A stretch of DNA of 63,974 nucleotides, filler included, from Vicugna vicugna (GCA_013265495.1; 76 parts of 75 records of this genome joined end to end with filler, not necessarily neighbours in it), one strand, 5' to 3'; positions 50,629 through 62,561 are shown, counted from the whole stretch's first letter. Program-made: numbers and translations. The notes: a model not told the origin generated them from the letters alone.

Positions 50629-51607
50629 GGTTCTAACGGAAGGCCTAAGGTCGTCTCCCCTGAGGGTTTTCCTGGTATCTCTGTGCCAGGGAACGCTAGG
50701 GGGTTTTGGAGGATATCCTAGTGGCCGAAGCTGCCTCCCCAAGTTCAGGGAACGTATTTCACGGACTTCCCCAAACAGGGAACACCTGTGACTGAAGAGA
50801 GCTGCGTGGAGTTGTCTCTCGAGCTCCCCCACGCACTGACAATGGTTCCGGAATCGTGAGCTTGGGGAGGTTCCACCAACGGTCGGCAGCGCGTGGGTTC
50901 TAACGGAATGCCTAAGCTCGTCTCCCCTGAGGGTTTTCCTAATGTCTCTGTGCCAGGGAATGCTAGGGGGGTTTACAGGATATCCCAGGGATATACGCTG
51001 CCTCCCTAAGGTCTGGGAATGTATTTCGCGGACTTCCTCCTACAGGGAACTCCTGTGAATTAAGAGAGCTGGGTTGAGTTGTCTCTCGAGCTCCCCCACG
51101 CACTGACAATGGTTCCGGAATCCTGAGCTTGGGGAGGTTCCACCAACGGTCGGCAGCGCGTGGGTTCTAACGGAATGCCTAAGCTCGTCTCCCCTGAGAT
51201 TTTTCCTAATGTGTCTGTGCCAGGGAATCAAGGGGGATTTGTAGGATATCCCAGTGACATACGCTGCCTCCCAAAGATCAGGGAAGTTATTTCCCAGAAT
51301 TCCCAGAACAGGGAACTCCTGTGTATCAAGAGAGATGCGTGGAGTTGTCTCTCGATCTCCCCCACGCACTGGCAATGGTTCAAAATCTCCCCCACGCACT
51401 GGCAATGGTTCCGGAATCCTGAGCGTGGGGAGGTTCCACCAACGGTCGGCAGCGCATGGGTTCTAACGGAATGCCTAAGCTCGTCTCCCCTGAGGGTTTT
51501 CCTAATTTGTCTGTGAAAGGGAATGTTAGGGATGTTTGCAGGATATCCCAGTGTCATATGCGGCCTCCCCAAGGTCAGGGAAGTTATTTCCCTGACTTCC
51601 CCGAACA
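50629..51607 (-). repeat. SatB (~3.5 monomers; 30-bp internal duplication at 51355-51411)
   Basis: ggttctaacggaa recurs at ~50629, 50896, 51163 and 51459. Confidence 0.96.
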
Positions 51608-53789
51608 NNNNNNNNNNNNNNNNNNNNNNNNNNNNNNNNNNNNNNNNNNNNTTAATTAATTAANNNNNNNNNNNNNNNNNNNNNNNNNNNNNNNNNNNNN
51701 NNNNNNNAAGAATAAAGTTATAAAAAAAAATGCAGACTAAAAACCACTGAAATCTAGGTGCTAAAATTATATTAAAAAAACAGTTGTTTCTATAAAATAT
51801 TGACTATATGCCAATCACAGAGACAACCACAAATCACACCTGACAACCATCACGTGTGATTCTCAGCAACTCTACTAAGTAGACACGGATGAGGAACCTG
51901 GCTCTGCGGATGAGGAGACGGAGCTCGGAGGAGCCGGGGACGCTGACCGTCCTGCTCCCCGTGACACCNNNNNNNNNNNNNNNNNNNNNNNNNNNNNNNN
52001 NNNNNNNNNNNNNNNNNNNNNNNNNNNNNNNNNNNNNNNNNNNNNNNNNNNNNNNNNNNNNNNNNNNNNNNNNNNNNNNNNNNNNNNNNNNNNNNNNNNN
52101 NNNNNNNNNNNNNNNNNNNNNNNNNNNNNNNNNNNNNNNNNNNNNNNNNNNNNNNNNNNNNNNNNNNNNNNNNNNNNNNNNNNNNNNNNNNNNNNNNTGA
52201 TGAACTAGACCCCATATGAAGTGCACTCAGATGGAAGAGCTTTTAAAGTTATTTTATGAAGTTTGTAAGACTCTGTCTATGCCTCACACAGGCGGTCATC
52301 CATCATTTCTCACCGGTGTTGACGTACCACCTGAAATCACTCCTTTCTTCTATTTAAAATCCCTTCATCTAATCCAGACATTTCAAGAGCAAAGAAGTAG
52401 CGCAACCACAGACAGTAATAGCTTTTCACCAAACGGACTCGAACAGCCCATCATACTACCTGGAAGCCCTTTTCTTCTATTAAACCCACTTCCAGGTACN
52501 NNNNNNNNNNNNNNNNNNNNNNNNNNNNNNNNNNNNNNNNNNNTTAATTAATTAANNNNNNNNNNNNNNNNNNNNNNNNNNNNNNNNNNNNNNNNNNNNC
52601 TTTAATTAATAATAAGCTTTCTATTAACTGGTATACCTATAAAATTTTTCAATGATCTAAGATATGGGTTCTATCTTTTTCATACATAAAATTCTTAGTA
52701 AAAAAATCTGTCAAAATACTTTTGCCTATTTTTGGTACATCTAAGGTAGGAAAAAAAAGATTCTTTCCAGGCAAGATGGGACTGATTATACCTCAATTGT
52801 TTTTTAGATACATAATAATTCTTAGGAAGAGAGGAAGGAAGCAAATAATCCATCATCAGTATTTATGTTTATAGAACAAAAATGAATTGAGTCCCCAGTT
52901 TTATTTACAAGAAGAAATATATCCTTTTCCTATCAAGGGACAAATTCTCATGGTCCTCATTTCCTGTCTGGACCTTATGGGAGACTATAGAGTTGAATGT
53001 GATGCTTACCTACATCACAGCTCAGTGTATGTGCTAACGGCCCCTGTGGGTTCAGAAGTTTCCCCAGAGCTTGGGGCTGTTGAGTCTTCCCTCAGGAGAA
53101 TTGTGTCTTATCGTCATTGTCATAATCTCCTCTGCACACATATCCTGGTCCATCTCATTTACAGAGGAATGGACCAAGCCCAGGAGAAGCGCCTTCATTT
53201 CCTCCTGCATCTGGAATTGCCCATGGTTGGAGGGTCTGTATGCATCCAGGACGGGAGGAGACATTGCACAATCTCATGAAGATCCTTCCATTAGATCTGC
53301 ACCTTCTGACTTCTGATTTTGNNNNNNNNNNNNNNNNNNNNNNNNNNNNNNNNNNNNNNNNNNNNTTAATTAATTAANNNNNNNNNNNNNNNNNNNNNNN
53401 NNNNNNNNNNNNNNNNNNNNNCAAATTTTAGGCAATGTGTCTCTGAACTATTTGCCAATACCTTGCGCCCCACCCTGGCAGTTTCCCAACAATCAGCAAC
53501 TGCTGCCTTTGACTCAGTCCATTAAGGAATTTTACTGTCAGCAATTTTCCTGCTTCCCTCAACCCTAGGAATGACTTCTAGGTTTTTGAGAAGGGAAAGT
53601 AGGTCCACCAGAAAAATAAAAGGGAAAGGTTCCAGTTCTATGGTTTAAGAAATTTACCAACATTAGATTTAAATAGAAATGATATTTTGAGAGTAGACAA
53701 CATGAACAGCAAGGAGATTAGTATCAGCAATTGGTGGAAACCCATCAAACAGTGTTTAATGATTTNNNNNNNNNNTTAGGGCTGAAATT

Positions 53790-54191
53790 CATGAGTACAT
53801 AATACTTAAAACAAAATAAAACCTCATTAGTCACCTTTGGAAGATACTAGGGAACCAGTCCATTATTCTTTAAACTAGCAAATAAAGTGAAGAATTAAAA
53901 AAAATTATTCTAACTTTCCTTTATAAGCTATCTCAGAGTACCTCCCAGGAACTCTTCTGGGAGTAATACATGAATAACACATGATAGACTTAGAACATTG
54001 CCTCTTTGCAAACTGCACTACAATAAAAGATCTAAGCAATAACCATCAATGGTTGCCAAAGCTGTTAAGTTAAAAGATGACGTAGCAATCTGGTAACAGC
54101 TCAATCCACAGTTCAATATTACGTCTGTGTCATTAAGCTTTGCTGTAATAATGTTTTAAACATCATCACAAAACTCAGTAGCACACAACAA
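53790..54191. mobile_element. Probable old L1M 3' fragment plus MLT1-like LTR edge (from ~54125)
   Basis: cctcattagtcacctttggaagatactagggaacc and gctttgctgtaataatg...cacaaaactcagtagcac; recalled resemblance only. Confidence 0.45.
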
Positions 54192-54291
54192 NNNNNNNNN
54201 NNNNNNNNNNNNNNNNNNNNNNNNNNNNNNNNNNNTTAATTAATTAANNNNNNNNNNNNNNNNNNNNNNNNNNNNNNNNNNNNNNNNNNNN

Positions 54292-55084
54292 AGTGCATGG
54301 GCTGTAATAGAATCACTTATCTTAACTTCCCTGACGATTTGCCTAGCCCGGAGTGCGAAGGAAAGTGTGTTTGGGTTCTAAAACCAAGTACTAACGAGTT
54401 CCACACCATGGGATTAGGAGGGGTTTTTCCTACAACCACCACCTAAGAATATCTGTGCGCCATGAAAGATGCGTGGGCTCTCTTTCCCCTTCTCCAGCAC
54501 ACACAGGAAGAACTGTTCTTGTTTTCTGAGTGTGGTTGGCTCCTCCAACTGACAGCAGCAACTGGGATCTAATAGGATCCCAAAGGTTGACCTCCCTGAG
54601 TGTTTTCATATACCGGTCTTTGAGCAACGGTGGAGGTTAGGCTCTAAAGCCAAGTATTAGCGAGAGCCTCTATATGGGCTGTGAAGATGCTTAAACTGCA
54701 TCCCCAACCTGGGAACACCTGGCCCCCATAAAGATTCGTGGACACTCTTTCCCCAAATCCAGGACACACACGAAGGCCTGTTCAGTTATCCTGAGTGTGG
54801 GGAGGCTGCTGCAACTGACAGCAGTGCCTGGGTTCTAATAGAACACCTTCGCTTGTATTCACTGTGTTTCCCTAGGCCTGGCTGCGAGGGAAAGCTGGGA
54901 GCTGGGCTTGGAGGCCAAGTAGCAGCGAGTGTCCCCTGATTGACTGAAGAGGTACAAAGAGATCTTCTCCCTACGGGGAACACCCCACATACATCTGCGT
55001 GGTATGGGGCCCCACATATCCCCCCACAACTCAAGGTTGAGTTCCGGAATCCTGAGTGTGGGGAAGTTCCTCAACTGAAGCAGC
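54292..55084 (-). repeat. SatD (three diverged monomers)
   Basis: aatag anchors at 54306, 54571 and 54837 (265 and 266 bp); caactga at 54812 and 55072 (260 bp). Confidence 0.93.
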
Positions 55085-55184
55085 NNNNNNNNNNNNNNNN
55101 NNNNNNNNNNNNNNNNNNNNNNNNNNNNTTAATTAATTAANNNNNNNNNNNNNNNNNNNNNNNNNNNNNNNNNNNNNNNNNNNN

Positions 55185-56118
55185 ATGTTAAGAGGATGAA
55201 AATGTAAGCTACAGGTGGGTAGAAAATATTTTAAATAACAAAGGCCTTATACCAAGAATACCTAGAACAAACAGAGAACTCTCAAACTCAACAATAAAAA
55301 ACAGACAATTCAATTAAATCATGGGCAAAAGACATGAACAGACACTTCATCAAAGAGTGATATGGGGGGAGTATAGCTCAGTGGTAGAGCACATGCTTAG
55401 CATGCACAAGGCCCTAGGTTCAATCCCCAGCGCCTCTATTAAAAAAAAAATCAAAAACAAAAACAAAGAAGTGACATGGATAGCAAGTAATCATGTGAAA
55501 AGATGTTCAATATAATTAGCCATGAAGGAAATGCAAATTAAGACCATAATAAGATACCATTACATATGCATTAGAACATTTTAAATTGTTTTAAGAATAA
55601 TGACAATACCAAATGTGAGGATGTGAAGAAAACAAATTTTCATACACTCCTGGTGGGACTCTAAAATGGGACAGACACTCTCAAAATAGTTTGCTAGTTT
55701 CTTACAAAACTAAAAATGCACTTACTATATGACCCAGCAATCATACTCTTGAGTATTTATCCCAGAGAAATGAAAAATTAGGTCCACATAAAAACCTGTA
55801 CACAAATGTTCTCAGTAGTTTTATTCATATTAGCGAAATACTAGAAACAAGCTAAAGGTACTTTAATGCCCAAATGGTAGAACAAACGCTGGTATACCCT
55901 ACAATACAAGAGTACTTAATGATAAAAAGGAATAAACTGCTGATGCATTCAACAACCAAAATAAACTTCAAGGGCACTATGCAAAATTTGAAAAAAATAC
56001 TCAATCTCCAAAAGTTATGTGTTGTACGATTCTGCTTATTTAACATTCTCAAAATTGAGGGGGAAAAAAAGAAAAAAAAACTGTAGAGATGGATAACAGG
56101 TTAGCGGTTGCCAAGGGG
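55185..56118 (+). mobile_element. Old LINE-1 ORF2 C-terminus and 3' UTR, hosting a SINE
   Basis: atgggcaaaagacatgaacagacacttc...ggaaatgcaaattaagacca...tatgacccagcaat...tttatcccagagaaatgaaaa. Confidence 0.93.
55364..55464 (+). mobile_element. tRNA-Ala(AGC)-derived SINE, camelid Vic-1 type
   Basis: ggggggagtatagctcagtggtagagcacatgcttagcatgcacaaggccctaggttcaatccccag with A box, B box and A-rich tail; TSD aaagagtgatat (55352-55363) and aaagaagtgacat (55465-55477). Confidence 0.9.
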
Positions 56119-56218
56119 NNNNNNNNNNNNNNNNNNNNNNNNNNNNNNNNNNNNNNNNNNNNTTAATTAATTAANNNNNNNNNNNNNNNNNNNNNNNNNN
56201 NNNNNNNNNNNNNNNNNN

Positions 56219-57017
56219 CTCATGTTACAGTTCTGCCTGCTCCTGGAAGGCGGGTGCTCTGCTATCAGGGAAAGGCGGCGGCTGCGATGGCGGGATTGGG
56301 GCTGCCTTATGAGAGCGCAGGGGTTGCAAACATTTCCCGCTGCTGCTGCAGCCATCCCAGCACACTGATCGCACTGCGCCCACCTCCGAGGAGCAGCCTG
56401 ACCTGTAACCTGAGTCACAAGAACCGTGGGATTTAGACGCCGCCCCCAATGTCTGGCCGCGGGGAAGATGGGAGCAAATCCAGGGGCTCTCATGGGGCAG
56501 CACCCATTCCATCCGAGGCCCACTCACAGCACCGCACCCGCCTCCCAGGAGCAGGCCATGGTCTGAGGGTCAGTCGGAGATGCTCCGGAGCCGAAGCGCC
56601 CTCCCACCTCCCGGAGCTGAACCTGCTCTCCTAAACACGGGTATAAGCGGCGGCAAAAACGGGGCGTTCAGGAACTAGTAGTGGCGGGGTTACCACGAAC
56701 TACAGCGGCGGCGGGGACCTGCCTCAGGGTCCTAACGGGACGAGCGGCCGGGACCTCACCTCCGCACCCCTCCCTGGGCGCCTCCCCAGCCGCACAGCCC
56801 AGGCGTCACCCGCCGGCTCCCCGAGCAGCGCGCCCCCACCAGCGCCCTCTTAACTGTCCGGCAGCGGCAGCCGAGCCGCGGGCAAGCGGCGGCCCAGGCC
56901 CCAGGCCGTGTTCCTCTTCCAGGAGCTGGTCCAGGAGCAACCGGCTGCCGCCAGCTTCCACGCGTTCCGGGCGGGTTCCGGCGTCCGCGAGTCTGTCCGT
57001 CTGCGCGTGCGCGCCCC
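56219..57017 (-). promoter_or_regulatory. CpG island, likely 5' end of an unidentified gene on the minus strand
   Basis: High CpG density; NRF1-like tgcgcgtgcgcg (57002-57013); two CCGGAA ETS-like sites (56965-56981); minus-strand donor GTGAGG at 56759, acceptor TTTAG ending at 56631, donor GTGAGT at 56527. Confidence 0.7.
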
Positions 57018-57117
57018 NNNNNNNNNNNNNNNNNNNNNNNNNNNNNNNNNNNNNNNNNNNNTTAATTAATTAANNNNNNNNNNNNNNNNNNNNNNNNNNN
57101 NNNNNNNNNNNNNNNNN

Positions 57118-57440
57118 CGTCCCCACCAATGGGCGGGCTGTGTCCCGGGCGGGCGTGGTCTATGAACCCGGACGGGAGCGGACTGCTTATGGTGGGGCTG
57201 GGGCTGGCCTCCGAGCGTGGCTGCAGCCCTTGTCCCCCCCAGTTTTCCCTCCCCCAGGGGCTGCCCTCCTTTCCCTTTCACCCTCCCTCAGGACCAGCTC
57301 AGTGGCGTGTGTGCTGCTCCCCGGGCTGACAGCCTCCGGCTGTATCGCCCAGCTTCACCTGGTGGAGTCGGGAAAAGGGAGCATCAGTGCTGAGGGAGCT
57401 TCTGTCTCCTCCCTCAGTGTTTCTGCTGCAGGTAAGAACT
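57118..57440 (+). promoter_or_regulatory. Promoter-like fragment and candidate first exon
   Basis: CCAAT (57126-57130), GC boxes (57131 and 57147) and a strong donor CAG|GTAAGA at 57431/57432. Confidence 0.6.
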
Positions 57441-58794
57441 TTGAACACTTTCAGGAGTTATGATGGTTGTGCTTGTTGATGTCAAGTGTTTTTATAGTGA
57501 GAGGGATTACAGTGGTGAAAGCAGGGCTTGNNNNNNNNNNNNNNNNNNNNNNNNNNNNNNNNNNNNNNNNNNNNTTAATTAATTAANNNNNNNNNNNNNN
57601 NNNNNNNNNNNNNNNNNNNNNNNNNNNNNNGTCCCAGATAATTATTCATGAATTAAATTGAAGGATGATCTTCTGTTTGGAAGCCTTTATAAGATATAAT
57701 TTTGTGATTTAGAAGTAACTAGAGGTTTATGTAATCAATGTAGCTTGTAATTTGAATAGGTAATTAAACTCATACATTTAGTTTAACAAAAGACATTGAG
57801 ATTAAACAATGTTCCACCCTCTTCCAGTGGTAATATTATAATTATTTTTTCTCCCTTGTGGCTTTAACATTCCAAAAATTATTCTTAAATTGTGTATTTC
57901 CTTTTGCTGAAATGACGCATGCCTGGCATGGGCTAAATTCAATTTTTCCTTAATTATAAAATTACAATTTCAACAGAGCACAATTTAAGGATCTCTTATA
58001 AATCTACTTTTCATTAATACATAGCATCTCTTTTGATAAAATGAAGATTGAGATTCACGTGTGGAATTATTCCAGGTTCTCTCCTGTTCTACAGAGTCCT
58101 CTCNNNNNNNNNNNNNNNNNNNNNNNNNNNNNNNNNNNNNNNNNNNNNNNNNNNNNNNNNNNNNNNNNNNNNNNNNNNNNNNNNNNNNNNNNNNNNNNNN
58201 NNNNNNNNNNNNNNNNNNNNNNNNNNNNNNNNNNNNNNNNNNNNNNNNNNNNNNNNNNNNNNNNNNNNNNNNNNNNNNNNNNNNNNNNNNNNNNNNNNNN
58301 NNNNNNNNNNNNNNNNNNNNNNNNNNNNNNNNNNNNNNNNNNNNNNNNNNNNNNNGCTTCCCTGCAGGGGGAAGAAGGGAAAAGGTTAGATGACAGCAGA
58401 AGGCAGGGATGGTGGCAGGGGGAGTGATATAGTCTCTTTTCCTCCCACCTAAAAATGTGGAATGGATCCCTAAGCAGCTTTCTTCCTGCCAGCTCTCCGC
58501 TCTTCATAGATGGTGCAAATCATGGTTGTAAAAGATATTCTTTTNNNNNNNNNNNNNNNNNNNNNNNNNNNNNNNNNNNNNNNNNNNNTTAATTAATTAA
58601 NNNNNNNNNNNNNNNNNNNNNNNNNNNNNNNNNNNNNNNNNNNNAGCTAGGGAAGGCCCCTTGGGAAGTGTGGATTCTCACGACCTCTTCCAAGNNNNNN
58701 NNNNNNNNNNNNNNNNNNNNNNNNNNNNNNNNNNNNNNTTAATTAATTAANNNNNNNNNNNNNNNNNNNNNNNNNNNNNNNNNNNNNNNNNNNN

Positions 58795-59952
58795 TTTCAT
58801 CCACCAAAGAAGGCATATATACACTTTGAAATATTTACTGAGACTTCATAAGTTTTTTTATCACCAGGTTATAAAATCGGACATATAGCACTAGAAAACA
58901 CTCTTTGAGCGTATTCTCACCTATACACATCTAATTTACATTGTTTACATAACCATGGCATTCCGTATTCCGAACATGTTTCATGCATCAAAGATTCCTC
59001 AAACATGCATTTCTGAGCTGTGAACAAGCGCATGACAGATGATTCAACCTCCAAAATATTTACCTATGCACTTTGAAATATTTACTCTGACTTCATATGT
59101 TTTTTGTATCACCAGGTTTTTAATCAGACATTTGGCAGTAGAAAACACTCTTTGAGCGAATTCTCTCCAATACACATGTAATTAACATTGTTTACATAAC
59201 AATGGCATTCCGTATTCCGAACATGATTCATGCATCACAAATTCCTCAAATTGCATTTCTGAGCTGTGAACATGCACATGACAGATATTTCAACCACCAA
59301 ACAGGTTACTTATGTACTTTGAAATATTTCCTTGGACTTCGTTGCTTCTCCTATCACCAGTTTCAAGAATCACACTTTGATCCCAGAAAAAAACTTTTGG
59401 AGCAAATTCTACCCAAGAGATATGTAAATTGAATAGATTCCTTCAACATGATATTCCGTGTTCCGTACATGTTACATGCATGACTGATACGACAAACATG
59501 CATTGCTGAGTTGAATGCATTTGGATTACTGATTTTTCATCTTCAATAAAAGGAATAATTTCATATAGACTCGTGTACAGATTTTCACAAGCTTTCCCTA
59601 ACACAAGTATTGAATTCGTGCATTTTTCACAGAAGAATACTTCTGGAGTGTATTCAACCTAATAGATATGTAATTTACATGAATTCNNNNNNNNNNNNNN
59701 NNNNNNNNNNNNNNNNNNNNNNNNNNNNNNNNNNNNNNNNNNNNNNNNNNNNNNNNNNNNNNNNNNNNNNNNNNNNNNNNNNNNNNNNNNNNNNNNNNNN
59801 NNNNNNNNNNNNNNNNNNNNNNNNNNNNNNNNNNNNNNNNNNNNNNNNNNNNNNNNNNNNNNNNNNNNNNNNNNNNNNNNNNNNNNNNNNNNNNNNNCTG
59901 TGACATCATTGGTTTTTTGTATCACTAGGTTCTAAAATCGGACATTTGGCAC
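58795..59952 (-). repeat. SatA with a variant monomer order
   Basis: atggcattccgtattccga occurs twice, 247 bp apart (~58955 and ~59202). Confidence 0.95.
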
Positions 59953-60052
59953 NNNNNNNNNNNNNNNNNNNNNNNNNNNNNNNNNNNNNNNNNNNNTTAA
60001 TTAATTAANNNNNNNNNNNNNNNNNNNNNNNNNNNNNNNNNNNNNNNNNNNN

Positions 60053-61320
60053 CCCTGACCTTGGGGAGGCATCCTCTGTAACTGGGATACCCTGCAATCA
60101 CCCTAGCATTCCCTGGCCCAGAGATATTAGGAAAAACCTCAGGGGAGACGAGCTTAGGCATTCCGTTAGAACCCACGCGCTGCCGACCGTTGGTGGAACC
60201 TCCCCACGCTCAGGATTCCGGNNNNNNNNNNNNNNNNNNNNNNNNNNNNNNNNNNNNNNNNNNNNNNNNNNNNNNNNNNNNNNNNNNNNNNNNNNNNNNN
60301 NNNNNNNNNNNNNNNNNNNNNNNNNNNNNNNNNNNNNNNNNNNNNNNNNNNNNNNNNNNNNNNNNNNNNNNNNNNNNNNNNNNNNNNNNNNNNNNNNNNN
60401 NNNNNNNNNNNNNNNNNNNNNNNNNNNNNNNNNNNNNNNNNNNNNNNNNNNNNNNNNNNNNNNNNNNNNNNNNNNNNNNNNNNNNNNNNNNNNNNNNNNN
60501 NNNNNNNNNNNNNNNNNNNNNNNNNNNNNNNNNNNNNNNNNNNNNNNNNNNNNNNNNNNNNNNNNNNTCCGAGAAATAACTTCCCTGACCTTGAGGAGGC
60601 AGCCTCTGTCACTTGGATATCCTGCAAACCCCCCTAACATTCCCTGGCACAGAGACATTAGGAAAACCCTCAGGGGAGGCGAGCGTAGGCATTCTGTAAG
60701 AACCCATGTGCTGAACACTGTTGGTGGGACCTCCCCACGCTCAGGATTCCGGAACCATTGTCAGTGCGTGGGGGAGCTCGAGAGACAACTCCAAGCAGCT
60801 CTTTTATGTCAAATGTGTTCCCTGTTCGGGGAAGTCCGAGAAATACCTTCCCTGAACTTGGGGAGGCAGCCTCTGTCACTGGGATATCCTGCAAACCCCC
60901 CTAGCTTTCCCTGGCACAGAGAAATTACTAAAACCCTCAGGGGAGACCAGCTTAGGCATTCCGTCAGAACCCACGCGCTGCCGACCGCTGGTGGAACTTT
61001 CCCACGCTCAGGATTCCGGAACCATTGTCAAAATTGTAAGTGCGTGGGAGAGCTCAAGAGACAACTCCACGAAGCTCTCTTCAGTCACAGGTCTTCCATG
61101 TTCGCGGAAGTCCGTGAAATAACTTCCATGAGCTTGGGGAGGCAGCCTCTGTCACTGGGAAATCCTGCAAACTTCCCTTGCATTTCCTGGCACAGAGACA
61201 TTAGGAAAAGACTCAGGGGAGACTAGCTTATGCATTCCGTTAGAACCCACTCTCTGTCGACCGTTGTTGGAATCACCCAGCGCTCAGGATTCCGGAACAA
61301 TTGTCAGTGCGTGGGGGAGC
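60053..61320 (+). repeat. SatB
   Basis: Several 267-bp monomers; 9-bp insertion at ~61030. Confidence 0.96.
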
Positions 61321-61420
61321 NNNNNNNNNNNNNNNNNNNNNNNNNNNNNNNNNNNNNNNNNNNNTTAATTAATTAANNNNNNNNNNNNNNNNNNNNNNNN
61401 NNNNNNNNNNNNNNNNNNNN

Positions 61421-62250
61421 CACTGACAATATTTCCGGAATCCTTAGCGTGGGGAGGTTCCACCAGCGGTCGGGAGCACGTGGGTTCTAACGGAATGCCT
61501 AAGATCGTCTCCCCTAAGGATTTTCCTAATGTCTCTGTGCCAGGGAATGCTAGGGGTGATTGCTGGATGTCCCTGTGGCAGAGGCTACCTCCCCAAGGTC
61601 AGGGAAGGTTTTTCTCGGACTTCCCCGAACAGGGAACACCTGTGACTGAAGAGAACTGCGTGGAGTTGTCTATCGAGCTCCCCCACGCACTGACAATATT
61701 TCCGGAATCCTTAGCGTGGGGAGGTTCCACCAACGATCGGCAGCGCGTGGGTTTTAACGGAATGCCTAAGCTCGTCTCCCCTGAGGATTTTCCTAATTTT
61801 TCTGTGTCAGGGAATACTAGGGGTGATTGCTGGATGTCCCTGTGGCAGAGGCTACCTCCCCAAGGTCAGGGAAGTTATTTCTCGGACTTCCCCGAACAGG
61901 GAACACCTGTGACTGAAGAGAGCTGCGTGGAGTTGTCTCTCGAGCTCCCCCACGCACTGACAATGGTTCCGGANNNNNNNNNNNNNNNNNNNNNNNNNNN
62001 NNNNNNNNNNNNNNNNNNNNNNNNNNNNNNNNNNNNNGTTTTCCTAATGTCTCTGTGCCAGGGAATGCTAGGGGGTTTTGCAGGATGTCCCAGTGAAAGA
62101 GGCTGCCTCCCCAAGGTCAGGGAAGGTATTTCTCGGAATTCCCCGAACAGGGAACACCTGTGACTGAAGAGAGCTGCGTGGAGTTCTCTCTCGAGCTCCC
62201 GCCCCTGCACTGACAATGGTTCTGGAATCCTGAGCGTGGGGAGGTTCCAC
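61421..62250 (-). repeat. SatB
   Basis: cactgacaatatttccggaatccttagcg at 61421 and 61688 (267 bp). Confidence 0.96.
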
Positions 62251-62350
62251 NNNNNNNNNNNNNNNNNNNNNNNNNNNNNNNNNNNNNNNNNNNNTTAATT
62301 AATTAANNNNNNNNNNNNNNNNNNNNNNNNNNNNNNNNNNNNNNNNNNNN

Positions 62351-62523
62351 GGTTCGAGATGGGAGCAGGCACCAGTGGTGGTGTTGGATCCAAGGGGGAT
62401 GGGGTCTCTGATCGCTTCTCAGGCTTAGGCTCTGGCCTGGAGCACTCTGAACATTCAGAACGTCCGGGAGGAGGATAAGTCTGACTACATTTGTGGGGCA
62501 GACCATGGCAGCTACGTGTAACC
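62351..62523 (+). pseudogene. Immunoglobulin lambda V segment (IGLV9-like), 3' half, frameshifted
   Basis: Translates FEMGAGTSGGVGSKGDGVSDRFSGLGSGLEH-[2-nt loss ~62446]-LNIQNVREEDKSDYICGADHGSYV. Human IGLV9-49 as recalled reads [59 protein letters not shown]. Confidence 0.9.
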
Positions 62524-62561
62524 CACAGTGACACCGGCAGAGGAGAAGTCACACAAAAATC
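62524..62561 (+). promoter_or_regulatory. V(D)J recombination signal sequence (23-type)
   Basis: Heptamer CACAGTG (62524-62530), 22-nt spacer, nonamer ACAAAAATC (62553-62561). Confidence 0.9.

Noticed and set aside
55364..55437. Functional tRNA-Ala gene
   Set aside because: A-rich tail, TSD, insertion within L1 and stem mismatches identify it as a SINE.
56900..57200. Apparent bidirectional promoter formed by two outward-facing CpG fragments
   Set aside because: The fragments are separated by the artificial linker, so adjacency is unsupported unless long reads join them.
60568..60620. Possible deep homology between SatB and SatA (ggcattccg, ggattcc and gaaata..ctgac..tcac motifs in the same order)
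   Set aside because: Motif spacings disagree by 13-21 bp and the matches are short; not supportable without a statistical alignment.
60591..61226. 211-aa ORF of repeated 89-aa units in SatB (267 = 89x3)
   Set aside because: A GC-rich satellite with a period divisible by 3 gives read-through frames. Other copies carry stops and frameshifting indels, and no domain is recognisable.
62519..62521. In-frame TAA at the end of the IGLV segment as evidence of pseudogenisation
   Set aside because: It lies just before the heptamer, where junctional trimming removes it; I recall the same ending in human IGLV9-49.
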